DNA from: Escherichia phage K30
DNA length: 40,940 bases
Sequence record: NC_015719.1
Reading direction: 5' to 3' (one strand)
Shown here: in pieces, positions 8,236 to 18,524 of the stretch
Layout: the number at the start of each line of letters is the position of its first letter
Position numbering within the stretch: position 1 is the first letter of the stretch
Notes under the pieces: generated by a model
What the model was told of the DNA's origin: nothing
The model's input: the letters and a program-made list of their open reading frames with translations, nothing else
Database searches by the model: none
Program-made: the position numbers and the translations under genes

Positions 8236-8322
8236 ATGTCTATCGACCTAATTCTAATCATCGTGTTCATCCTCGCGGCTATCGTGTGGTCAATGAACGA
8301 CGAGCCACCTAAAGGAGCATAA
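8236..8322 (+). CDS. Hypothetical 28-aa hydrophobic peptide (MSIDLILIIVFILAAIVWSMNDEPPKGA)
   Basis: Short ORF immediately after a promoter, AGGAGA upstream; single predicted transmembrane segment. Confidence 0.3.
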   Translation: MSIDLILIIVFILAAIVWSMNDEPPKGA

Positions 8323-8325
8323 ACC

Positions 8326-8589
8326 ATGCGCTTACACTTCAATAAATCAAACGGTATCTTCTCGGTTCGCCGGGAAGACCGCAGCACTGTGGTAGCCTCC
8401 GAGCGCCACGGTAAGATTCCACGTATCGGAGACACCTTCGAGCTGGCTCCTCGCGTGCACATCTTGGTTACTCGCGGTCTCTACGAATTGGCTCAGACTA
8501 AGAGCCGTCCTTTCGTACCCGTAGTGGTAACCAAGTGGCCACGCCTTCGTCTATTCTGGGAGCGCATCAAGGAGGTCGTAAATGACTGA
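8326..8589 (+). CDS. 1.6: Gene 1.6-like protein
   Basis: 87 aa; recalled similarity to T7 gp1.6 (MFRLHYNKS...VRRADRS..ASER..KIP...RIKEV); AAAGGAG RBS. Confidence 0.7.
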   Translation: MRLHFNKSNGIFSVRREDRSTVVASERHGKIPRIGDTFELAPRVHILVTRGLYELAQTKSRPFVPVVVTKWPRLRLFWERIKEVVND

Positions 8590-9007
8590 ACATGAAATTC
8601 TAGTGGTGAACCTGCTGGTTGACCAGAATGCTGACCGCCCAGACTCCACGACGTGCTCTGATGGCGTAAAGTGCTACAAGGTAGCGTGCAAGGAGTGTCC
8701 GCTTAATGTCAAAGGAATGACCATTGGGAAGGTGCGTGCAATGCAGGACAGTAAGACTCCAGATGTAGACAATGGTGTCAAGCAGCCAAGTCACTATCAA
8801 CTGTTCGAAGGCGTCGAGGCCATCGAGGTTATTGCTCGAAGCATGACCCAAGAGATGTTCAAAGGGTACTGCCTTGGGAACATCCTCAAGTACCGACTCC
8901 GTGCTGGTAAGAAGTCCGAGCTGGCTACCTTAGAGAAAGACATGGCAAAGGCCGCTTTCTATCTGGAGCTGTATACCAAGCACAAAGGTCTGTGTTATGA
9001 CGCCTAG
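8582..9007 (+). CDS. 1.7: Nucleotide kinase (T7 gene 1.7)
   Basis: 141 aa; C-terminal half matches T7 gp1.7 from memory (PSHY.LF...EAIEVIARSMT.E.FKGYC.GNILKYRLRAGKKSELA.LEKD.AKA.FY.EL); shorter N-terminus than T7. Confidence 0.85.
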   Translation: MTEHEILVVNLLVDQNADRPDSTTCSDGVKCYKVACKECPLNVKGMTIGKVRAMQDSKTPDVDNGVKQPSHYQLFEGVEAIEVIARSMTQEMFKGYCLGNILKYRLRAGKKSELATLEKDMAKAAFYLELYTKHKGLCYDA

Positions 9008-9122
9008 TGAATGGGCAAGAAAGATGTACGAGAAGACGCTCGACCCTGCGTACATCACCATGTATAACATGTGGAAGGAGCGAGAAGATGCAAAAGTTCG
9101 TCGTAACGGTCGAGACAGCTAA
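8997..9122 (+). CDS. 1.8: Gene 1.8-like small protein
   Basis: 41 aa; SEWARKMYEKTLDPAYITMYNMWK resembles T7 gp1.8 SEWCRKMWEETFDDAYIKLYELWK (recalled). Confidence 0.5.
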   Translation: MTPSEWARKMYEKTLDPAYITMYNMWKEREDAKVRRNGRDS

Positions 9123-9237
9123 CGCATCGTATGAACTCCCGGTACACGCTGGGTCTCTTGAGGAGGCCCTCGAAGTTGCCGAGGCAGAGTACGAAGAGTT
9201 AGGCCAAGTGACTCGGGTACGCCCTGATAGTCATTAG
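9088..9237 (+). CDS. 2: Host RNA polymerase inhibitor (T7 gene 2)
   Basis: 49 aa from an internal ATG with AAGGAG RBS; LEEALEVAE...VTRVRP resembles T7 Gp2 (recalled). Confidence 0.7.
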   Translation: MQKFVVTVETANASYELPVHAGSLEEALEVAEAEYEELGQVTRVRPDSH

Positions 9238-9254
9238 GGCACACTATAGGGACA
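9232..9254 (+). promoter_or_regulatory. Phage RNAP promoter (phi2.5-like), cattagggcacactatagggaca
   Basis: Consensus match. Confidence 0.8.
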
Positions 9255-9296
9255 CAGGCTGTCCCTCTTTCTGTTATAAACCAAAGGAGATTCATC

Positions 9297-9992
9297 ATGG
9301 CATTCGCTAAGAAGAAGATTTACACCACCAAGATTGGTACCTGTGAGCCGTACGCTTACTTCAACAAGCCGGACTATGGCGGTGAGGGTTTTGAGAACCC
9401 ACGCGGTACCTACAAAGGTTCCGTAACGTTCAAGAACGAAGACTGTCAGGAGCTGGTAGACCTCATCGTTAAGACCCATGAGGAAAACTACGCTGCTCGT
9501 CTGGAAGCACATGAAGCGAACCCGCCGAAGGTTCAGAAGGGTAAGAAACCTCTGAAGCCGTATGAAGGCGACATGCCATTCTTCGACAATGGTGATGGTA
9601 CAACCACGTTCAACTTCAAGTGCTACGGTTCGTACGAGGACAAGAAAACCGGCGAGACCAAGAAGATTGTTCTGGGTGTAGTTGACGCCAAGGGCAAACG
9701 TATCCAAGATGTTCCAATTATTGGTGGTGGTTCCAAAGTGAAAATTCGCTTCTCTCTGGTACCGTATGGCTGGTCCGCTGTGGCTGGTGCTTCCGTTAAG
9801 TTGCAACTGGAAGGCGTAATGCTGGTCGAACTGGCTACCTTTGGTGGTGGCGAAGACGATTGGGCTGACGAAGCTGTAGAAGGTGGCTATGAAGCTGACG
9901 AATCTCGCAGCCGCAAACCTCAGGAAGACCCGGAAGACTGGTCTGGTGAGGAAGCGGATGAGGGCGAAGCTGAAGAAGACGATGACTTCTAA
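9297..9992 (+). CDS. 2.5: Single-stranded DNA-binding protein (T7 gene 2.5)
   Basis: 231 aa; recalled strong similarity to T7 gp2.5 (EPYAY..KPDYG, KPLKPYEGDMPFFDNGDGTTTF, VPIIGGGSK, acidic C-terminal tail ending DF). Confidence 0.95.
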   Translation: MAFAKKKIYTTKIGTCEPYAYFNKPDYGGEGFENPRGTYKGSVTFKNEDCQELVDLIVKTHEENYAARLEAHEANPPKVQKGKKPLKPYEGDMPFFDNGDGTTTFNFKCYGSYEDKKTGETKKIVLGVVDAKGKRIQDVPIIGGGSKVKIRFSLVPYGWSAVAGASVKLQLEGVMLVELATFGGGEDDWADEAVEGGYEADESRSRKPQEDPEDWSGEEADEGEAEEDDDF

Positions 9993-10441
9993 TGGCTGGC
10001 TACGGAGCCAAAGGGATTCGGAAGGTGGGTGCCTTCCGGTCTGGCCTTGAGGATAAGGTATCCAAGCAGTTAGAATCAAAGGGCGTCACGTTCGACTACG
10101 AATTGTGGCGCATCCCTTACGTTATTCCTGCGAGTGACCACCTTTACACTCCAGACTTCTTGTTACCTAACGGTATCTTCGTGGAGACTAAGGGTCTCTG
10201 GGAAGCCGAGGACCGCAAGAAGCACCTATTGATTCGCGAGCAATACCCGGAGTTAGACATCCGGTTAGTGTTCTCTTCGAGTCGCACTAAGATTTACAAA
10301 GGGTCACCAACCAGTTACGCTGAGTGGTGCGAGAAGCATAACATCTTGTTTGCCGACAAATTGATTCCCGTAGACTGGCTGAAGGAGCCGAAGCGTGATG
10401 TACCGTTCGGCAAGTTCAAACAGAAGAAAGGAGCAAAGTAA
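9992..10441 (+). CDS. 3: Endonuclease I, Holliday junction resolvase (T7 gene 3)
   Basis: 149 aa; N-terminal MAGYGAKGIRKVGAFRSGLEDKVSKQLESKG identical to recalled T7 gp3. Confidence 0.95.
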   Translation: MAGYGAKGIRKVGAFRSGLEDKVSKQLESKGVTFDYELWRIPYVIPASDHLYTPDFLLPNGIFVETKGLWEAEDRKKHLLIREQYPELDIRLVFSSSRTKIYKGSPTSYAEWCEKHNILFADKLIPVDWLKEPKRDVPFGKFKQKKGAK

Positions 10442-10443
10442 GT

Positions 10444-10899
10444 ATGGCTAAGGTTCAATTCACTAAGCGACAGGAGACCTCTCAGATTTTCGTTCACTGC
10501 TCAGCTACCAAGGCGACCATGAATATTGGCGTCCGTGAGATTCGCCAGTGGCACAAGGAGCAGGGCTGGCTGGACGTAGGGTATCACTTCATCATCCGCC
10601 GTGACGGTACCGTTGAGGTAGGTCGAGACCAAGATGCTGTAGGTTCACACGTCAAAGGCTACAACTCGACTTCGGTCGGCGTGTGTTTGGTGGGAGGTAT
10701 CGACGCCAAGGGCAACCCTGAGGCAAACTTCACTCCAGCCCAGATGCAGGCACTGCGTTCACTGTTGGTAGAACTGAAGGTGCAATACGATGGGGCTGTT
10801 CTGATGGCACACCACGATGTAGCACCTAAAGCCTGCCCGAGCTTCGACCTGAAGCGCTGGTGGGAGAAGAATGAACTGGTCACTTCAGACCGTGGGTAA
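10444..10899 (+). CDS. 3.5: Lysozyme / N-acetylmuramoyl-L-alanine amidase, RNAP inhibitor (T7 gene 3.5)
   Basis: 151 aa; recalled near-identity blocks with T7 lysozyme (IFVHCSATK, VREIRQWHKEQGWLDVGYHFII, AHH.VAPKACPSFDLKRWWEKNELVTSDRG). Confidence 0.95.
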   Translation: MAKVQFTKRQETSQIFVHCSATKATMNIGVREIRQWHKEQGWLDVGYHFIIRRDGTVEVGRDQDAVGSHVKGYNSTSVGVCLVGGIDAKGNPEANFTPAQMQALRSLLVELKVQYDGAVLMAHHDVAPKACPSFDLKRWWEKNELVTSDRG

Positions 10900-10900
10900 A

Positions 10901-10923
10901 CATTAGGGCACACTACAGGGAGA
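10901..10923 (+). promoter_or_regulatory. Variant phage promoter (phi4-like), cattagggcacactaCagggaga
   Basis: Consensus match except TACAGGG instead of TATAGGG. Confidence 0.6.
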
Positions 10924-10962
10924 CAATTACGTTTCCCTGTTGTCGCTTGAGGAGATTACTTT

Positions 10963-12897
<1,935 letters not shown>

Positions 12898-12907
12898 GAG
12901 AACCATC

Positions 12908-13117
12908 ATGTTTAAACTCATCGAAACTTTAGGCCGTCTGGTCATCGCGCTGTACATCCGTGAAGCCAAGGCACTGGACAAAGCGTCCAAGGTGGAAGCA
13001 GAAGCAGCCACTAAGCTGGCTAAGGCAGCCGACAAGGCACGTCAGGCATCTCTGGATGCAACCGCAGAGGCAGCGAAAGTTGCACTTAAAGCTCAGAAAC
13101 TTAAGGAGTTCTTCTAA
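12908..13117 (+). CDS. 4.3: Gene 4.3-like protein
   Basis: 69 aa; MFKLIETLGRLVIALY resembles the recalled T7 gp4.3 N-terminus; AGGAGA RBS. Confidence 0.6.
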   Translation: MFKLIETLGRLVIALYIREAKALDKASKVEAEAATKLAKAADKARQASLDATAEAAKVALKAQKLKEFF

Positions 13118-13425
13118 TGACTACCAAAGCTAAATTCCCCGGTAATACCATTCAGCTGTCCGACACTGTAGACCAGTGGGGCCGCAAGGTTCACATCAAC
13201 GTTCGCAACGACAAGGTTACTCTGGTCTACCGCTGGAAGGCTAAGAGCGATAATCGTGCACATACTCAGCGTGTGACACTTGACGATGTTCAAGCAGCTC
13301 GACTACTGGCCTCCGTGGCTGTCGCAGCGACTGTGGCGGTTGGTGAAGATAAGGTGCGTGAGGCTATCCTGAGTAAAGAGGTAGGCTCGACGGCAACCCG
13401 ACTGGCTGAAGCGTCAGAAGCCTAG
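13117..13425 (+). CDS. 4.5: Gene 4.5-like hypothetical protein
   Basis: 102 aa; TAATG overlap with 4.3; call is by position only. Confidence 0.5.
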   Translation: MTTKAKFPGNTIQLSDTVDQWGRKVHINVRNDKVTLVYRWKAKSDNRAHTQRVTLDDVQAARLLASVAVAATVAVGEDKVREAILSKEVGSTATRLAEASEA

Positions 13426-13431
13426 TGATAA

Positions 13432-13467
13432 ACTCAAGGTCATTACTATATGTAGTGGCCTTTATGA
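13432..13467 (+). promoter_or_regulatory. RNase III-type processing hairpin (R4.7-like)
   Basis: actcaaggtcattac-tatat-gtagtggcctttatga; about 11-bp stem. Confidence 0.6.
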
Positions 13468-13500
13468 TTATCATACACAACATATTGAGAGGACATAACC

Positions 13501-13884
13501 ATGCGTAAACCTGAAGAAATCCGTGCAGACATCGAGAAGCTGACCAAAGAGCTGGAAGCTATTAAGGTTCATGAGTCCAGACAGGTTGCTGCTGTTAACA
13601 TCCTGTATAACTTAGGTTGGAAACATGACAACCTTAAGGGTTGGCAGAAGCCTGCTCCGAAGTGTAGCGACTACAAGGCCCCGCTGAAGGCTGGAGAGCT
13701 TGCAACGTTGGAGAAGACTCATTGTATAGGATTATATATCCACAGCGTTGGCAACAAGTTCTCACAGGTGTCTCTCATACGCAACGTAAACATGCGTGGT
13801 GTAGATGTTCTGTCTAGCAGCTTTTTTGTAGAAAACAGTAAGTTGACCGTTCGTCCGCGTGAATACTTCATCGGGCGCCGGTAA
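13501..13884 (+). CDS. 4.7: Gene 4.7-like hypothetical protein
   Basis: 127 aa; GAGAGGA RBS; call is by position only. Confidence 0.5.
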   Translation: MRKPEEIRADIEKLTKELEAIKVHESRQVAAVNILYNLGWKHDNLKGWQKPAPKCSDYKAPLKAGELATLEKTHCIGLYIHSVGNKFSQVSLIRNVNMRGVDVLSSSFFVENSKLTVRPREYFIGRR

Positions 13885-13900
13885 TTAATAGGAGACCACT

Positions 13901-16018
13901 ATGTTAGTAACCGATATCGAGGCGAACAACCTCTTAGAGAAAGTCACTCAGTTCCACTGCGGGGTCATCTATGACTACAGCACGGACGAGTACGTATCGT
14001 ATCGACCTTGGGACTTCTCAGCGTATCTCGATGCGTTGGAAGCTGAGGTGGCTCGTGGTGGTCTCATTGTATTCCACAACGGTCACAAATATGATGCCCC
14101 AGTGTTAACCAAACTGGCCAAGCTCCAGTTAAACAGAGAGTTCCACCTGCCGCGTGAGAACGTAGTGGACACGTTGGTGCTCAGTCGTTTACTGTTTGCG
14201 AACATTAAAGACACCGACATGGCCCTACTGCGTTCCGGTAAGTTACCCGGTAAGCGCTTCGGGTCTCACGCTCTTGAGGCGTGGGGTTACCGCTTAGGCG
14301 AGATGAAGGGCGAGTACAAGGACGACTTCAAGAAGCTCCTTGAGGAACAGGGAGAGGATTACGTGGACGGCGCTGAGTGGATTAGCTTTAACGAGCCGAT
14401 GATGGACTATAACGTTCAGGACGTTGTGGTCACCAAGGCGCTCTTAGAGAAGCTACTTAGTGATAAGCACTACTTCCCGGATGGTGATATCCACTGGTGG
14501 GCGCACGATGCCGTGTCGTTTTGGGGCAACTCCTGTGAGGCCGTATGGCTGGAACACAGAGCCGCTTGGTTACTCGCTAAGCAGGAGCGCAACGGATTCC
14601 CGTTCAACACCAAGGCCATAGAGGAACTCTACGTTGAACTCGCGGGTCGTCGTTCTGAACTCCTTCAGACACTCACCGACACTTTCGGAACTTGGTATCA
14701 ACCTAAGGGCGGTACTGAGTTATTCCTACACCCTCGCACCGGTAAGCCTCTGGGTAAATACCCGCGAGTGAAGTACCCGAAGCAGGGTGGCATCTACAAG
14801 AAACCCAAGAACAAAGCTCAGCGTGAGGGACGTGAACCCTGTGAGCTGGACACTCGGGATTACGTAGAGGGCGCTCCGTATACACCAGTAGAGCACGTTG
14901 TGTTTAACCCAAGTAGTCGAGACCACATTGCTATCAAGCTGAAGGAAGCCGGATGGGTACCTACAGAGTTCACCGAAAAGGGTGCACCTAAGGTAGACGA
15001 CGAGGTCCTTGAGCATGTGCGTGTGGATGACCCTGAGAAGCAGCGCTGCATCGACCTAATCAAAGAGTACCTGATGGTACAGAAGCGTATCGGTCAGGCA
15101 GCTGAGGGAGACAAGGCGTGGCTTCGTTACGTTCAAGAGGATGGTAAAATTCATGGAAGTGTTAACCCTAATGGTGCAGTTACAGGGCGAGCAACGCATA
15201 GCTTCCCTAACCTTGGTCAAGTTCCGGGCGTTCGTTCGCCGTATGGTGAGCCTTGTCGAGCAGCGTTCGGCGCAGAGCATCACTTGGACGGACTTACCGG
15301 AAAGCCTTGGGTTCAAGCGGGTATCGACGCCAGTGGACTCGAACTCCGTTGTCTGGCACACTTCATGTCTAAGTACGACGGAGGGGCATATGCGGATGTT
15401 ATTCTCAACGGTGATATCCACACAGTCAACCAAACGGCGGCTGAGTTGCCAACACGTGATAACGCCAAGACATTCATCTACGGTTTCCTCTATGGTGCTG
15501 GAGACGAAAAGATTGGACAGATTGTGGGAGCAGGTAAGGAACGCGGAAAGGAACTCAAGAAGAAATTCCTTGAGAACACCCCAGCAATCGCAGCCCTGCG
15601 TGAAGGAATCCAACAGACCCTCGTCGAGTCATCCCGATGGGTCGCCGGAGAGCAGAAGGTCAAGTGGAAACGACGTTGGATTAAGGGACTGGATGGAAGA
15701 AAGGTACACGTACGGTCACCACATGCCGCGCTCAACACCCTCCTTCAGTCAGCGGGTGCACTCATTTGTAAGCTGTGGATTGTCGAGACTGAAGAGTTAC
15801 TTCTCAAAGCAGGCTTGAAACACGGCTGGGATGGGGACTTTGCGTACATGGCGTGGGTTCATGATGAAATTCAAGTAGCGTGTCGAACCCCAGAGATTGC
15901 ACAGCAGGTTATCGACACTGCGCAACAAGCTATGCGCAACGTTGGGGAACACTTTAAGTTCCGTTGCCGTCTGGATACAGAAGGTAAGATGGGTCCTAAC
16001 TGGGCCGTATGTCACTAA
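13901..16018 (+). CDS. 5: DNA polymerase (T7 gene 5)
   Basis: 705 aa; recalled extensive identity with T7 gp5 (DIEAN.LLE, HNGHKYD, YGFLYGAGDEKIG, C-terminal GKMGPNWA.CH). Confidence 0.98.
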   Translation: MLVTDIEANNLLEKVTQFHCGVIYDYSTDEYVSYRPWDFSAYLDALEAEVARGGLIVFHNGHKYDAPVLTKLAKLQLNREFHLPRENVVDTLVLSRLLFANIKDTDMALLRSGKLPGKRFGSHALEAWGYRLGEMKGEYKDDFKKLLEEQGEDYVDGAEWISFNEPMMDYNVQDVVVTKALLEKLLSDKHYFPDGDIHWWAHDAVSFWGNSCEAVWLEHRAAWLLAKQERNGFPFNTKAIEELYVELAGRRSELLQTLTDTFGTWYQPKGGTELFLHPRTGKPLGKYPRVKYPKQGGIYKKPKNKAQREGREPCELDTRDYVEGAPYTPVEHVVFNPSSRDHIAIKLKEAGWVPTEFTEKGAPKVDDEVLEHVRVDDPEKQRCIDLIKEYLMVQKRIGQAAEGDKAWLRYVQEDGKIHGSVNPNGAVTGRATHSFPNLGQVPGVRSPYGEPCRAAFGAEHHLDGLTGKPWVQAGIDASGLELRCLAHFMSKYDGGAYADVILNGDIHTVNQTAAELPTRDNAKTFIYGFLYGAGDEKIGQIVGAGKERGKELKKKFLENTPAIAALREGIQQTLVESSRWVAGEQKVKWKRRWIKGLDGRKVHVRSPHAALNTLLQSAGALICKLWIVETEELLLKAGLKHGWDGDFAYMAWVHDEIQVACRTPEIAQQVIDTAQQAMRNVGEHFKFRCRLDTEGKMGPNWAVCH

Positions 16019-16036
16019 TAATACAGGAGATTTACC

Positions 16037-16339
16037 ATGGCTATTACCAAACGTTTTAAAGTTACTTTCGAAGTGACCACCGTAATTGACAGCGAAGCTG
16101 AGAAGAACCTAAGCGAGTCCGTTCTGCGTATTGCACATATGGTTTCCAAAGGTGAGAAGGTGGACAGCTTCAAGCTGGGTTTCCTTGAGGCAGCACTCAA
16201 TGGTGGACCTGACGAAGCAGCTACGTACTGTATCCGACATGGTCTACGTTCATTGGTCAAAGAGGCCTATAACGACCTTTCGTTTAACGAGAAGAAACTT
16301 ATGCGATTCTCCCCGGCAACCGTGAGGGTAACCAAGTGA
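16037..16339 (+). CDS. 5.5: Gene 5.5 protein (H-NS-binding in T7)
   Basis: 100 aa; recalled similarity to T7 gp5.5 (TKRFKV.F.VT.VIDS, RFSPATVR). Confidence 0.8.
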   Translation: MAITKRFKVTFEVTTVIDSEAEKNLSESVLRIAHMVSKGEKVDSFKLGFLEAALNGGPDEAATYCIRHGLRSLVKEAYNDLSFNEKKLMRFSPATVRVTK

Positions 16340-16545
16340 GTGAGTACCTCAAAGTTCTGGCGGCCCTCAAGGGCTGCCCTAAGTCCTTCCAGTCGAACTA
16401 CGTGCGGAACAACGCTACGTTAGTCGCGGAGGCCGCTTCCCGTGGTCACATTTCGTGTCTGACCATGAGTGGTCGTAATGGCGGCGCTTGGGAAATTACC
16501 AGTGCCGGAGTGAGATTCCTTAAGAAACACGGGGGTTGTTTATGA
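16336..16545 (+). CDS. 5.7: Gene 5.7 protein
   Basis: 69 aa; GTG start overlapping the 5.5 stop; recalled near-identity with T7 gp5.7 (CPK.FQSNYVRNNA.LVAEAASRGHISCLT.SGRNGGAWEIT). Confidence 0.8.
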   Translation: MSEYLKVLAALKGCPKSFQSNYVRNNATLVAEAASRGHISCLTMSGRNGGAWEITSAGVRFLKKHGGCL

Positions 16546-16706
16546 GTAACGTCACCATTAGTTCAGACCGCCTTAAATACTTAGAGAGTCGGGACGAAAT
16601 CCTGAGCGCTCTTGAGGCAGGCGGCGTAGATAACTGGGAGTGGTACTCAGAGTCGTTGCAGAAAGCAGGGCTTCTGGATGACGATGAGGAGGAAGACGAT
16701 GAGTAA
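16542..16706 (+). CDS. 5.9: Gene 5.9-like small acidic protein (candidate RecBCD inhibitor)
   Basis: 54 aa, acidic C-terminus; position between 5.7 and 6; call is by synteny. Confidence 0.5.
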   Translation: MSNVTISSDRLKYLESRDEILSALEAGGVDNWEWYSESLQKAGLLDDDEEEDDE

Positions 16707-17604
16707 GCACACATTGTTATCCTTCAGAGACTACCGGGCAACCCAGAAGATTGCCAAAGGTGTCCTTGTGATGGATGGTGACTGGTTGGTATTTCAAGCT
16801 ATGAGTGCCGCTGAGTTCGATGCCTCTTGGGAGGAGGAGATTTGGCACCGCTGCTGTGACCATGCTAAGGCTCGCGAGATTCTGGAGAACTCCATTAAGT
16901 CCTACAAGGGCCGCAAGAAGGCATGGAAGAATGCTGATGTAGTCCTCGCGTTCACTGACCGTGTCAACTGGCGTAAGCTGCTGGTGGACCCAACGTACAA
17001 AGAGAACCGCGCAGTCGTTAAGAAGCCTGTGGGTTACTACGAGTTCCTAGAGTCTGTCTTCGAGACCTACACGTGTGTCCTTGAGCCTCAGCTCGAGGGT
17101 GATGACGTGATGGGTATCATCGGGTCTGGCCCTCTCGTGTACAACTATGAGAAGGCTGTACTGGTCGCCTGTGACAAGGACTTTAAGACAGTCCCGGATT
17201 GCGACTTCCTGTGGTGTACGACTGGTAACATCCTCGTGCAGACGCAGGAGACCGCTGACTACTGGCATCTCTTCCAGACTATCAAGGGAGACATCACCGA
17301 TGGTTACGGTGGGATTCCCGGATGGGGCGATACCGCTGAGGACTTCCTCAAGGAACCATTCATTGTGGAGCCTGTAACATCCGTACTGAAGTCTGGTAAG
17401 AACAAAGGCCAAGAGGTAACCAAGTGGGTGAAACGCGCTCCTGAGCCGGGAGAGACGCTCTGGGACTGCATTAAGTCCATTGGTGCCAAAGCAGGGATGA
17501 CCGAAGAGGAAGTAATCAAGCAGGGCCAGATGGCTCGAATCCTCCGTTCTGATGAGTACAACATCGAGACTGGGGAGATTACTCTATGGCAACCGGGCAG
17601 CTGA
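16699..17604 (+). CDS. 6: 5'-3' exonuclease (T7 gene 6)
   Basis: Recalled long identity blocks with T7 gp6 (GILVMDGDWLVFQAMSAAEFDASWEEEIWHRCCDHAKAR); start taken at the ATG with AGGAGG RBS rather than the upstream ATG at 16678. Confidence 0.95.
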   Translation: MSKHTLLSFRDYRATQKIAKGVLVMDGDWLVFQAMSAAEFDASWEEEIWHRCCDHAKAREILENSIKSYKGRKKAWKNADVVLAFTDRVNWRKLLVDPTYKENRAVVKKPVGYYEFLESVFETYTCVLEPQLEGDDVMGIIGSGPLVYNYEKAVLVACDKDFKTVPDCDFLWCTTGNILVQTQETADYWHLFQTIKGDITDGYGGIPGWGDTAEDFLKEPFIVEPVTSVLKSGKNKGQEVTKWVKRAPEPGETLWDCIKSIGAKAGMTEEEVIKQGQMARILRSDEYNIETGEITLWQPGS

Positions 17605-17621
17605 TTCTTATTGTCCTGACC

Positions 17622-17696
17622 ATGGGCTTAGTCGCTCGTGGTCTCTGGATGTTGGTCTTAATTATCAAGCAGATAGTTGAGCATAAAATAGAGTGA
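17622..17696 (+). CDS. Possible 24-aa hydrophobic peptide (gene 6.3 position)
   Basis: Short ORF after gene 6; no clear RBS. Confidence 0.15.
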   Translation: MGLVARGLWMLVLIIKQIVEHKIE

Positions 17697-17697
17697 T

Positions 17698-17746
17698 AAA
17701 CTCATGGGCACAATTAGGACCCACTATAGGGAAGTGCCCATTATGA
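17698..17746 (+). promoter_or_regulatory. RNase III-type hairpin enclosing a phage promoter (R6.5/phi6.5-like)
   Basis: 8-bp stem atgggcac (17704-17711) / gtgcccat (17734-17741) brackets the promoter core; flanks aaactca...ttatga are those of the hairpin family. Confidence 0.55.
17712..17734 (+). promoter_or_regulatory. Phage RNAP promoter (phi6.5-like), aattaggacccactatagggaag
   Basis: Consensus match. Confidence 0.8.
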
Positions 17747-17781
17747 TTATTACTTAAAGATTACTTAAAGAGGAGACTCAA

Positions 17782-18018
17782 ATGTTAAAACCTATAGAGC
17801 ACATCCTTAACAATCCTAATGACCTTCCTGACGTACCGCGAGCTGTCAAGGAGTACCTACAGTCTCGCTTCAATGCCGACTTCCTGTATCAGTCAGAGGT
17901 CCGTAAGCTACGTGAGGCTGGCCACAGTGAGGAGTTCATCTCCGGGGTACTGTATGGTCACTACATGGCTTCTCGTGTCCTTGATGAGATGGAGGGCCGT
18001 CAGCGTGCACTTGAATAA
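17782..18018 (+). CDS. 6.5: Gene 6.5-like hypothetical protein
   Basis: 78 aa; AAGAGGAG RBS; call is by position. Confidence 0.6.
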   Translation: MLKPIEHILNNPNDLPDVPRAVKEYLQSRFNADFLYQSEVRKLREAGHSEEFISGVLYGHYMASRVLDEMEGRQRALE

Positions 18019-18029
18019 GGAGATTGATT

Positions 18030-18251
18030 ATGTGTTTCTCACCTAAGATGAAAGCACCTAAGGTCGACACGACGACTGTCCCTGAGCCAGCGCCACTCAC
18101 TGAGGAACCTAAGGGTATCCAGTATGGTGGCGACGAGGATTCAAACAGCACAACTCCTGAGGTGTCAGGGCGTAAGTCACTCAAGGTGACCAAGACGACC
18201 GAGCCTACAGGGTCCAGTACTAAAATTCGCAAGTCAGCTTTAGGAGGCTAA
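18030..18251 (+). CDS. 6.7: Gene 6.7 virion protein
   Basis: Recalled similarity to T7 gp6.7 (MCFSPK.K.PK.DT, EPAPLT, EVSGRK.LKV, IRKSA.GG); ATG at 18030 with TAAGGAG RBS. Confidence 0.8.
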   Translation: MCFSPKMKAPKVDTTTVPEPAPLTEEPKGIQYGGDEDSNSTTPEVSGRKSLKVTKTTEPTGSSTKIRKSALGG

Positions 18252-18252
18252 C

Positions 18253-18513
18253 ATGGGACTGTTCAAGAAGATTAAGAAGGCCGTCAAGAAGGTAATCAAG
18301 GCACCACTCAAAGCTGTTGGTCTGGCAGCAGATGCACCAAACGTACAGACAGCCGCTGAGACACCCGTGGCAGTACCTCAGGAGCCACCGAAAGAGGTCG
18401 TGGAGGATGTTGAGTCTTCAGCAGACACTGAGTCTGGTAAGAAGAAAACTCGTGCGTCCGGTAAGAAATCCCTCTCGGTTTCCCGAAGCTCGGGCGGTGG
18501 GATTAACCTGTAA
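18253..18513 (+). CDS. 7.3: Gene 7.3 virion protein
   Basis: 86 aa; recalled similarity to T7 gp7.3 (KKAVKKV, C-terminal GKKSLSV.RSSGGGIN). Confidence 0.8.
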   Translation: MGLFKKIKKAVKKVIKAPLKAVGLAADAPNVQTAAETPVAVPQEPPKEVVEDVESSADTESGKKKTRASGKKSLSVSRSSGGGINL

Positions 18514-18524
18514 GGAGGTGACCT

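Noticed and set aside
9234-10079. 281-aa minus-strand ORF
   Set aside because: Antisense to the SSB gene, which has strong homology support; all promoters and recognisable genes in this genome are on the + strand, so this is taken as a chance open frame.
15056-15613. 185-aa minus-strand ORF and 225-aa alternate-frame + ORF (15141-15818)
   Set aside because: Both lie inside the DNA polymerase gene; no independent start signals; treated as frame artefacts.
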